From the NCBI GenBank assembly GCA_031421935.1, contig JANOPQ010000074.1:8296-72295 (forward strand): a stretch of DNA of 64,000 nt. The letters run 5' to 3'. The notes beneath the pieces were generated by a model, which was given only the letters and a program-made list of their open reading frames with translations, was not told where the DNA came from and ran no database searches. A program made the position numbers and the translations under genes. This stretch comes from Bacteroidota bacterium. GTDB taxonomy: Bacteria; Bacteroidota; Bacteroidia; AKYH767-A; OLB10. Positions within the stretch are counted from its first letter, which is position 1, and every line of letters starts with the position of its first letter. Below, in pieces: positions 41,201 to 47,540 of the stretch.

Positions 41201-41654
41201 CCTGTGCTACACCTGCACGAATTTGTTCACGGAAATGGCGATAATCACCATCAAAATAAATCAGGATTTTATTTCCAACAATGCGCGTTAATCCACCGGT
41301 ATTGGTGTTTTGTTCTTCGCCTTCTAATCCAATGTTCGTTTGCTTTAAATCCGTCAATCGGTTATAAATAATAAATTGAAAGCGACCATTGATACGATAA
41401 TCAAAAAGTTTTTCAATTTCGGCAATATCCGCATCCGCTGTTCTTCCAGTGTAAACGGCAAGTTCTTGTCCGCCGAGGTAGAAATACGTATCGAAATTTT
41501 TAAAGCGATAGAATGTCCACAAAAAATCATTGTATTGAACTCTGTTCTTCCCAAAATTCATCTGCACACCTCTAGTAAACTGAGCATTGGCTGAGGGAGC
41601 CAAGAGCATAAAGATGAGCAGATAAGTAAGTTTTCGTAAAATAGTTTTAGCCAT
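38289..41654 (-). CDS. Large outer-membrane protein: signal peptide, N-terminal globular domain, TolB-like beta-propeller repeats, Lys/Ser/Thr-rich linker, Omp85-type C-terminal barrel
   Basis: 1121-aa ORF with signal peptide ..LLAPSANAQ. Propeller-like segments include VRVSPDGNQVAYVTNDLGKYKIWLYD and LAWHPSGRYLSAI. The low-complexity region reads ..KKEKSQSGTNAKVVTQENSSTSTNTEK... The C-terminus GGYGFGLRSRVLGYFLRADWAWGV..IFYFSLGLDF resembles the BamA C-terminal motif. Confidence 0.75.
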   Translation of the reverse strand: MAKTILRKLTYLLIFMLLAPSANAQFTRGVQMNFGKNRVQYNDFLWTFYRFKNFDTYFYLGGQELAVYTGRTADADIAEIEKLFDYRINGRFQFIIYNRLTDLKQTNIGLEGEEQNTNTGGLTRIVGNKILIYFDGDYRHFREQIRAGVAQVMINQLMYGGSIKDRLQASVLLNLPEWYVNGLIAYVSKGWTPEQDSKMRDAILGKHYRNFDNLTGQAAEFAGMSLWNYIVETYGKTSVSNLLYMTRINRNIENGFIYVLGVPMKEVRKNWIQYYQNLYVEDDKNRKLPAGDPVYILKKQNRYLSQVRVSPDGNQVAYVTNDLGKYKIWLYDVRTKKRKKIAKGGYKSVNQAMDLSYPTLAWHPSGRYLSAIKEKKGKLWLDYYTFGKKTKRESNKFFYFEKVLDFSYNSSGSEIILSAVQKGQSDLYSFSPRTKTYTQLTKDRWDDLSPKFVMDDRYIIFSSTRTEDTLRPTPIRQADELEIPQSSDVFLYDYMNKSAQLLQLTNTYGINETEPIQLDSSHFSYLSDENGIKNRYTATLDSAIAYIDTVIHYRYIVKSEPQSDYKRNVLQHDLSSKGTKYAELMHLNSRYQIFLNPAPASSSVLTEPLKNTSLRNKNFRAAAPKKEKSQSGTNAKVVTQENSSTSTNTEKVADSNSIDINNYVFQSDFPRKKNKKEKEKSAVQKPAVDSIHLADPIESNSTETPAGIIAQGPVEDSASYLLPKQRNYELSFMPSYVLTQLDNNLLNETYQAYTGGAVYFYPGLNALFKIGVNDLFDDYRIVGGFRLSGNLNSNEYYVRYENLKHRLDKSISFYRQGREEATSFSLYKVHTHEVKYNVRWPFNDLASLRGMVAYRNDRLAILSTDLVNLTIPNQFQQWGSARAEFVYDNSINTGLNLYNGIRYKVFAEIYQQLEQKNAVLGVFGADFRHYLKIHRQLIWANRFAASTSIGTRKLIYYLGSTDNAFTPTDNFNYDIQIDQTQQYAFQALATNMRGFIQNIRNGNSFALINSEIRLPIFQYLVNKPIRSDFIRNFQIIGFGDIGTAWTGPNPYDKSNSLFRKDYNGNPISISVTKTVEPIVGGYGFGLRSRVLGYFLRADWAWGVDDGVVQERIFYFSLGLDF

Positions 41655-41737
41655 AGAATCTAAGGGCTAAATTAGGGAATTTCAACACTAAATTTTAGGA
41701 ATTTATAAGGAAACGTGTGTATAAGCCGTGTATTGCG

Positions 41738-41745
41738 TACTTTTG
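41738..41745 (+). promoter_or_regulatory. Candidate -7 box (TACTTTTG) upstream of gldC
   Basis: Perfect TAnnTTTG ending 22 nt upstream of the gldC ATG. No clear -33 TTG. Confidence 0.35.
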
Positions 41746-41767
41746 ACACCTCGCTGACTAAAGAAAT

Positions 41768-42118
41768 ATGTCTATTAACACCAAAGTTGCCCGCCGATCA
41801 GAAATTAAAGTGATGGTGGAGTTGAATGAAGAAAAGCAGCCCGTTGGACTTCAATGGCTTGCCCAAGATGCTGGCCTCGATGCTCAAAAGCCGGCAAGTG
41901 CCATGCTTTTAGCCATTTGGGACAAAGCGGAGAAAAGTACGATGCGAATTGACTTGTGGACCCATGAGATGTCGGTTGAGGAAATGGAGTTTTTCATGTA
42001 TGAGACCTTGGCAAGTATGGCCGATACCTATGAACGTTCCACCAGCGATAGTGAAATGGCGAAAGAGATCAAAGCCTTTGCTCATCGTTTCGGAAAAGAG
42101 AAAAAAGTAATTAAATAA
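41768..42118 (+). CDS. gldC: Gliding-motility protein GldC
   Basis: 116-aa ORF. SEIKVMVELNEEKQPVGLQWLAQDAG..MLLAIWDKAEKSTMRIDLWTHEMSVEEMEFFMYETL matches the GldC pattern I recall from Flavobacterium (..LTWSAQDGG..MLSVWD..LRIDLWTKDMPVDEM..F.HQTL). Confidence 0.8.
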   Translation: MSINTKVARRSEIKVMVELNEEKQPVGLQWLAQDAGLDAQKPASAMLLAIWDKAEKSTMRIDLWTHEMSVEEMEFFMYETLASMADTYERSTSDSEMAKEIKAFAHRFGKEKKVIK

Positions 42119-42194
42119 TTTTCGTTTGTCGTTATTTCCTTTCTGTTGATGGGTGTAACGATAAAAAAATAATCAATCAAAAAGGAGATAAATC

Positions 42195-42824
42195 GTGAAA
42201 GTAAAAACGGCAACATTTGTAAAAAGTTCAGGTTCGGTGGAACAGCTTCCCGAAGCCGATTTGCCCGAATTTGCTTTCATTGGTCGTTCCAATGTGGGAA
42301 AATCGTCGCTCATTAATTTTTTGGTGAACAAAAAAGAGTTGGCGCACACTTCTGGGAGTCCTGGAAAAACGCAAACCATCAATCATTTTCTTATCAACAA
42401 AACTTGGTACTTAGTCGATTTGCCAGGATACGGTTATGCGAAAGTGGCGCAATCGATGCGTTCAGAGTGGGAAAAAACGTTGTACAAATACTTAGGCAAG
42501 CGCGAAAATTTATTGACCGTTTTTGTGTTGGTAGATGTGCGTATCGAACCACAAAAAAAAGATTTAGCCTTTTTAAAAACCATTGGTGAGCATGGTTTAG
42601 CCATCGCCATTGCATTTACCAAAGCCGATAAAATTAGCAAGGAGCAACTCAATAATAACATTGAAGCATTTAGAAAGGCGATGTTAGAAGATTGGGAAGA
42701 TACTCCTCCATTTTTTGTCACTTCTGTGGTAGAAGAAAAAGGAAAAGAAGAATTACTAAAATACATTGCCGAAACCTCTTCTATTTTCATCGCGCCGACG
42801 AAGAATGCGAAGTTGAATTTTTAG
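42195..42824 (+). CDS. engB: Ribosome-biogenesis GTPase YsxC/EngB
   Basis: 209-aa ORF with a GTG start preceded by aaaggag. Contains the G1 motif GRSNVGKSSLIN, DLPGYGYA and TKADK. Confidence 0.92.
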   Translation: MKVKTATFVKSSGSVEQLPEADLPEFAFIGRSNVGKSSLINFLVNKKELAHTSGSPGKTQTINHFLINKTWYLVDLPGYGYAKVAQSMRSEWEKTLYKYLGKRENLLTVFVLVDVRIEPQKKDLAFLKTIGEHGLAIAIAFTKADKISKEQLNNNIEAFRKAMLEDWEDTPPFFVTSVVEEKGKEELLKYIAETSSIFIAPTKNAKLNF

Positions 42825-42994
42825 ATTGGGATTGGATTAATTTAAGTAACTTAAAATTCCTCATGCTGTTTATGTTTGATGGCACACAGATTTTTTATGA
42901 TGGTTAAGATTTTTTATGATTTGCGTTGATTTTCTTCTATATAAAAATGAAATCGGACTCTTGAAAAGTGTTTTAGTTGGGATTATAATTTGAT

Positions 42995-43128
42995 GGAACA
43001 CGGATGACACGGATAATTAAGATTTACACGGATTTGGTTTTAGCTGAGATAAAATTTGACCTTGCAACATCAATGCTAAATAAAAAGGCTATAATGGGAA
43101 ACTTTGCGGCTCTGCGCCTTTGCGAGCC
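42995..43128 (+). repeat. Composite intergenic element, copy 2: three ACACGGAT words, ~60-bp spacer, GGGAAAC + CTTTGCG/CTCTGCG/CCTTTGCG
   Basis: 42995..43035 (ggaacacggatgacacggataattaagatttacacggattt) matches copy 1 at 37/41. 43096..43128 reads gggaaactttgcggctctgcgcctttgcgagcc. Same order and orientation as copy 1. Confidence 0.8.
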
Positions 43129-43310
43129 ATTTTAGCTTCGAAACTTCATGTGAGTTCATTCAACATATTATACGAATTAGTGAATGCTTAAAACATATCC
43201 TTCAGAGCGAATTGCTTCTTAAAATGTAGCTCGGCTTGTTTTGAAATTGTTACTTGTAAAATAGTATTCAATGCAGATAAATGACATTTCTAGCGGTTTT
43301 TCAACAAGGT

Positions 43311-43440
43311 CATTGAATGCCCTCGTTTCTTATACGAGGACAAATAGAGTGAATAAATGCCCTCGTTCAAAGTTCATGGGCATTGAATGCCCTCGTTTCT
43401 TGAACGAGGGCATTTTAGCTAATAAATGCCCTCGTACTAT
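43311..43440. repeat. Four copies of AATGCCCTCGT with alternative hairpins
   Basis: AATGCCCTCGT occurs at 43316, 43356, 43386 and 43425, spaced 40, 30 and 39 bp. 43386..43414 is a perfect 12-bp stem: AATGCCCTCGTT-tcttg-AACGAGGGCATT. The 43356 copy can instead pair with GGGCATT at 43378..43384. Confidence 0.9.
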
Positions 43441-43471
43441 TGTGTCGATAAATCTATGTTAATCTAAACTC

Positions 43472-44401
43472 CTACTTTACATAGGTCTTAATATGCCTTT
43501 CCTTCTTCGATTCGTAAATATCGTTTAAGGTGACTAAAATTCCTGTTTCTTCTACGTCTCCAAAATGTTCGTTTACCGAAGTGCCAAAGGTGCGCATGGT
43601 AGCACTTAAATTCATATAGGCATTTACTAAAGGTGGAATGTTTTCCCCTCGTGCACGCACATGCTGGTTGAGAATTTTATGCGCTTCTTTGTAGGAGAGT
43701 CCTGCAATTTCTTGTGCAAATACACTCATGTCGTTTTCGATAGTGAGTGGATAAATCGCTGAGACTAATTTTTCATTGTCGGGAAAAAAGTAATTCATGA
43801 AAAATAAAATCATATCGCGCGCTTCGCGTTGGAAGTGTGGATACATGGTTACTTTTCCGAAAAAATATTTTATTTGTGGATAGTCAATATGAATGGCGCC
43901 CAAACCATCCCATAGATTATCGAGAGAAAACAATCCTTTTCTATTTTCAGGACGAGGTTGATACTTGGGTTGTACAAATGATCTTCCCAGCTCAATGGTG
44001 TAGGGCATATAATCATCAATGAACTTTTTGGAAAACGAAAATAATTCAGCCGTGGCTAATTCGTAATTTCCTGCTTGATCTTTTTTTACTTTCCCGCATT
44101 CAATAAAACGGTAGCCTCCAATAATTTCTTTGTCTTCTGGATTCCAAGCAATGAGTTGTTCGTAGCAATTTTCGTTCGTATCAAAATGATCAAGATCGCA
44201 ATCCAATCCTGTTCCTCCTCCCGATTCTCTAAATGTCACTTCACGGAGCCGACCAATTTCACGAACTACATTCGGAGCATTATGATGATTTAAAATATAT
44301 AAATGATTGGAGCCATTATTCGTAACTCGAACAAAGCGTTCTTTCGATAATTCCTTTTCAAGGATATCTAAGGGAATGGCTGGAATAATATCTTGCATCA
44401 T
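43472..44401 (-). CDS. GNAT-fold amino-acid N-acyltransferase (OlsB/GlsB-like, 'hemolysin-like')
   Basis: 309-aa ORF with ..LREVTFRESGGGTG..D.D.FD.. and ..YRF..ELGRSFVQP.YQ.. patterns typical of aminolipid N-acyltransferases. Starts 1 nt after the upstream acyltransferase stop. Confidence 0.75.
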   Translation of the reverse strand: MMQDIIPAIPLDILEKELSKERFVRVTNNGSNHLYILNHHNAPNVVREIGRLREVTFRESGGGTGLDCDLDHFDTNENCYEQLIAWNPEDKEIIGGYRFIECGKVKKDQAGNYELATAELFSFSKKFIDDYMPYTIELGRSFVQPKYQPRPENRKGLFSLDNLWDGLGAIHIDYPQIKYFFGKVTMYPHFQREARDMILFFMNYFFPDNEKLVSAIYPLTIENDMSVFAQEIAGLSYKEAHKILNQHVRARGENIPPLVNAYMNLSATMRTFGTSVNEHFGDVEETGILVTLNDIYESKKERHIKTYVK

Positions 44402-44402
44402 C

Positions 44403-45251
44403 TTAAGCTTCGAATTCGTCTTTTCCTTCGGCTAAATTATAAATATGTGACTTAATTTTTTGTGCCCATTCCTGATCATTGTGCTTTTGTGTTAACAATG
44501 GATAGGGGATCGGTTTTCCAATAGTGATGTGAATCTTCTTTCCATCTTGATGGTACATCTCATCCATCAAATAAAACATTTCGATGTTGACTTTGATGCC
44601 CAATTTCCCTCTCCACCATGCTAAATTGTAGAAAAATTTTGAATTTTTTCCAGCGATATGTACAGGTATAATGTTCCGTTGATGTTTTTTTGCTTTAGCC
44701 ACAAAACTTTTCTTCCACACCAAATCGCGAATAATTCCATGTTCCTGTTTGCGGGATACGAGTCCGGCCGGAAAAATAAGCATCGCTATTTCACTCGCAT
44801 AATAGGAGTCAATTACATCTAATACTTCGGTGGAATTTTTTCCATGCTTATTCACGCCAATGAATAAGTCGCTCAGGTTTTTGATGTTTAGCAAAACATC
44901 GTTCACAATAAATTTGATATCCTTTCTTTTTCTCGCAACCGTTTGCATCAATGCAATGGAATCTAATCCACCAATCGGATGATTAGCTGCAATAATACAT
45001 CCTCCTGTTTCTGGAATATTTTCGAGTCCTTCAAAGGATACTTCGGCTCCAAATTCCCTTATAATTTCATCTACAAATGCATGAGAATGCTTATCGCCTT
45101 GTCGACGAATAAAATCATTTACATGGTCTTGATGAATAATTTTTTTGACGTACTTCAACACAAATCCAGGCATCCATCTTAAAAGAGAAGGATTCTTGGA
45201 CTGAATGACGGCTTCTATATCAATAAACTTCTCTTGAGCTTCTGGGGACAT
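44403..45251 (-). CDS. PlsC-family lysolipid O-acyltransferase (OlsA/GlsA-like)
   Basis: 282-aa ORF with the acyltransferase motif IIAANHPIGGLD (HX4D) and ..FPAG.. motif. Confidence 0.75.
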   Translation of the reverse strand: MSPEAQEKFIDIEAVIQSKNPSLLRWMPGFVLKYVKKIIHQDHVNDFIRRQGDKHSHAFVDEIIREFGAEVSFEGLENIPETGGCIIAANHPIGGLDSIALMQTVARKRKDIKFIVNDVLLNIKNLSDLFIGVNKHGKNSTEVLDVIDSYYASEIAMLIFPAGLVSRKQEHGIIRDLVWKKSFVAKAKKHQRNIIPVHIAGKNSKFFYNLAWWRGKLGIKVNIEMFYLMDEMYHQDGKKIHITIGKPIPYPLLTQKHNDQEWAQKIKSHIYNLAEGKDEFEA

Positions 45252-45691
45252 ATATAAATTACGATTCGACTAAAATAGTTGATCCCTCCCTATGCTAAGT
45301 TTTTTAAGGCCTTCTTTTCAATTAAAGTAGGAAAATAGAATACTTTTTGGTTTTCAAATTGCAGGAAAGTGGGAGAGATTTAATTTCTCAATTTTTTAAA
45401 TGTTTAATTATAAGCTATTTGCATTTTTCGACTTTTTCTAATTTATTTCAGGATTTTTCAAAGATAATGTCAGGTTTAGCCTAACACTTTAACCTTTTAT
45501 AGAGGTAGAAAACGAAGCAAGGTTGATGCAAATTTTGTTAACTATCGATTGTTCATAACCAACTAATAATTAAAATACTAAAAGCGACAATAAGCGTACT
45601 TTGAGGTCTCTTTTGGCTCCCTTTTTTTGCTGTTGATGTAGATTTTTATTAGTCTCCATACAATAATTCGAAGGCTAAAAAGTTTTTAACA

Positions 45692-45718
45692 AAGTGGGAT
45701 GAAGTGGGGCAAAGTGGT
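45692..45718 (+). promoter_or_regulatory. Putative MraZ operator: three AAGTGG(G) direct repeats at exact 10-bp spacing
   Basis: aAAGTGGGATgAAGTGGGGCaAAGTGGTAAa lies 55-80 nt upstream of the mraZ ATG. MraZ proteins are known to bind phased GTGGG-type direct repeats in their own promoter. Confidence 0.6.
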
Positions 45719-45772
45719 AAAATTTAATTTATTTTTACCACACAATAGAAATCCTCATTACCACCAATAAAA

Positions 45773-46249
45773 ATGTCGCAATTCCACGGAGAATATGAAT
45801 GTAAGCTTGACGCCAAGGGGCGTTTGAGTCTGCCTTCGGGCTTGCGCAAGCAGGTGTCGCCAGAGGCAAACGAGAAGTTTATGTTGAATCGGGGTTTTGA
45901 AAATTGCCTTGCTTTATTTCCGATGGATGAGTGGAAACGTATTTCCGATGCAATCAACGGACTGAATATGTTCGTGGCAAAGAATCGTGAATTTGCGCGT
46001 TACTTTTTTCGTGGTGCTACCGAGTTAGAATTAGATGCTGCAGGTCGATTGCTTTTGCCGAAGCGTTTGTGTGAATATGCAGGTATTGAGAAAGAAGCCG
46101 TTTTATATGGCTGGTCCAATAAAATTGAAATATGGTCGGTGGAGCGCTACAATCAATTGATTGTTGAAGAGCCAAAAGATTTTTCTGCACTAGCCGAAGA
46201 AGTAATGGGGAAACTGAATGTTGGAGGACCAGGACGTGACGTATCATAG
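45773..46249 (+). CDS. mraZ: Transcriptional regulator MraZ
   Basis: 158-aa ORF with two SpoVT/AbrB-like halves, each carrying DxxGR (LDAKGRLSLP, LDAAGRLLLP). Confidence 0.95.
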   Translation: MSQFHGEYECKLDAKGRLSLPSGLRKQVSPEANEKFMLNRGFENCLALFPMDEWKRISDAINGLNMFVAKNREFARYFFRGATELELDAAGRLLLPKRLCEYAGIEKEAVLYGWSNKIEIWSVERYNQLIVEEPKDFSALAEEVMGKLNVGGPGRDVS

Positions 46250-47135
46250 CCCCGTATTACTTAAAGAGGCGATAGATGGTCTTCAGATTCATGAAGACGG
46301 AATTTATGTGGATGTGACTTTTGGTGGTGGTGGTCATTCAACAGAAATATTAAATCGCTTTGAAAAAGGAAGATTAATTGCTTTTGATCAAGACCAAGAT
46401 GCATTGGCAAATGTGAGTGCAGATCCACGAATGATTTTGTTGCCATCTAATTTCAAACATTTAGCAGAGCAGCTTAAAGCAAATAAAGTGGAAGAGGTAG
46501 ATGGAATTCTTGCCGACCTCGGTGTTTCTTCTCATCAATTTGATATTGCAGGTAGAGGATTTTCCATTCGCTTCAATGCAGAGTTGGATATGCGCATGAA
46601 TCAATCGCAACAATTAACGGCCAAGGATATTCTCAATTATTATCCCGAGCAAGAATTGGTTCGTGTGTTTCAAGAGTACGGTGAATTGCCTTCTTCCAAA
46701 AGAATGGCTGCAGAAATTGTTCGCGTTCGCCAAGAAAATTTTATTAATACTTCCGATGAATTAAAAAGTACGGTGTCTCGCTTTGCTCCGCGCATGAAAG
46801 AAAATACGTTCTACGCACAACTCTTCCAAGCATTGAGAATTGAAGTCAACGATGAGTTGGGTGCATTAAAAGAATTGTTATTGCAAGCCGTGCAGATGTT
46901 GAAGAAAGGTGGACGCTTAGTGGTCATCAGTTATCATAGTTTAGAAGATCGCTTAGTAAAAAACTTTTTGAATAGCGGAAATTTCAAAGGTGAAATCAAC
47001 AAAGATTTATACGGTCATCCCATTGGATTGGTGTTTAAATCCATTACCCGAAAACCTGTGGTTCCCGCTGCAGAAGAAGTGGAATTAAATCCGCGCTCAC
47101 GCAGTGCGAAAATGAGAATAGCTGAAAGACTATGA
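46218..47135 (+). CDS. rsmH: 16S rRNA (cytosine1402-N4)-methyltransferase RsmH
   Basis: 305-aa ORF with YHSPVLL, DVTFGGGGHS and ADLGVSSHQ motifs. An alternative in-frame GTG start at 46236 would shorten the overlap with mraZ. Confidence 0.93.
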   Translation: MLEDQDVTYHSPVLLKEAIDGLQIHEDGIYVDVTFGGGGHSTEILNRFEKGRLIAFDQDQDALANVSADPRMILLPSNFKHLAEQLKANKVEEVDGILADLGVSSHQFDIAGRGFSIRFNAELDMRMNQSQQLTAKDILNYYPEQELVRVFQEYGELPSSKRMAAEIVRVRQENFINTSDELKSTVSRFAPRMKENTFYAQLFQALRIEVNDELGALKELLLQAVQMLKKGGRLVVISYHSLEDRLVKNFLNSGNFKGEINKDLYGHPIGLVFKSITRKPVVPAAEEVELNPRSRSAKMRIAERL

Positions 47136-47533
47136 ATAAAATCCGCCAGTCAGCCCAGGAGCAGAAGGAAATGCCAGTTGCTAAGCAAAAAGCAAAAGGT
47201 GAAAGTGCTTCAAGAAAATTAATTCGTTTGGTGAACATCTTTGAATATTTCGATCGCGGTGCGGTGGTCGTTATTATGCCGTATATGTTTTTCTTATTCT
47301 TTTTAGGATTGGCTTATATCGCTAACAGTTACTATGCGGAGAAATCCATTCGTGATATTGATAAAACTGGACGTGATTTAAAAGAATTAAGAGCTGAATT
47401 CATTACCGCGCGCAATGATTTAATGTATCGTGCCAAATTAACCGAAGTAGCGAAAGCCATTGAAGTAAAAGAAGTGAAAGAAGCCACAACCGCTCCAAGC
47501 AAAATAGTAGTGAAAGTTAAATCCGAAAAATAA
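47132..47533 (+). CDS. ftsL: FtsL-like cell-division protein
   Basis: 133-aa ORF with one TM helix followed by a coiled-coil segment. ATGA overlap with the rsmH stop; sits between rsmH and ftsI. Confidence 0.7.
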   Translation: MNKIRQSAQEQKEMPVAKQKAKGESASRKLIRLVNIFEYFDRGAVVVIMPYMFFLFFLGLAYIANSYYAEKSIRDIDKTGRDLKELRAEFITARNDLMYRAKLTEVAKAIEVKEVKEATTAPSKIVVKVKSEK

Positions 47534-47540
47534 TTCGATC

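Noticed and set aside
43311-43440. Possible miniature CRISPR array (regularly spaced repeats)
   Set aside because: The repeat is only 11 bp, the spacers are 19-29 bp and partly homologous to each other, there are only four copies, and no cas genes are nearby. This does not fit CRISPR.
43271-43462. 63-aa plus-strand ORF (MQINDISSGF..) with repeated NKCPR/IECPR motifs
   Set aside because: The repeated peptide motif is a direct result of translating the AATGCCCTCGT DNA boxes, and the first box falls in a different frame. The ORF lies in hairpin-rich convergent intergenic DNA with no credible start context. The DNA or RNA repeat explains it better.
44399-44405. Acyltransferase/GNAT gene pair as a disrupted (pseudogenised) fused olsF
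   Set aside because: The junction is a clean TAA-g-ATG with both ORFs full length and intact motifs. This is the signature of translational coupling between two genuine genes, not a frameshifted fusion.
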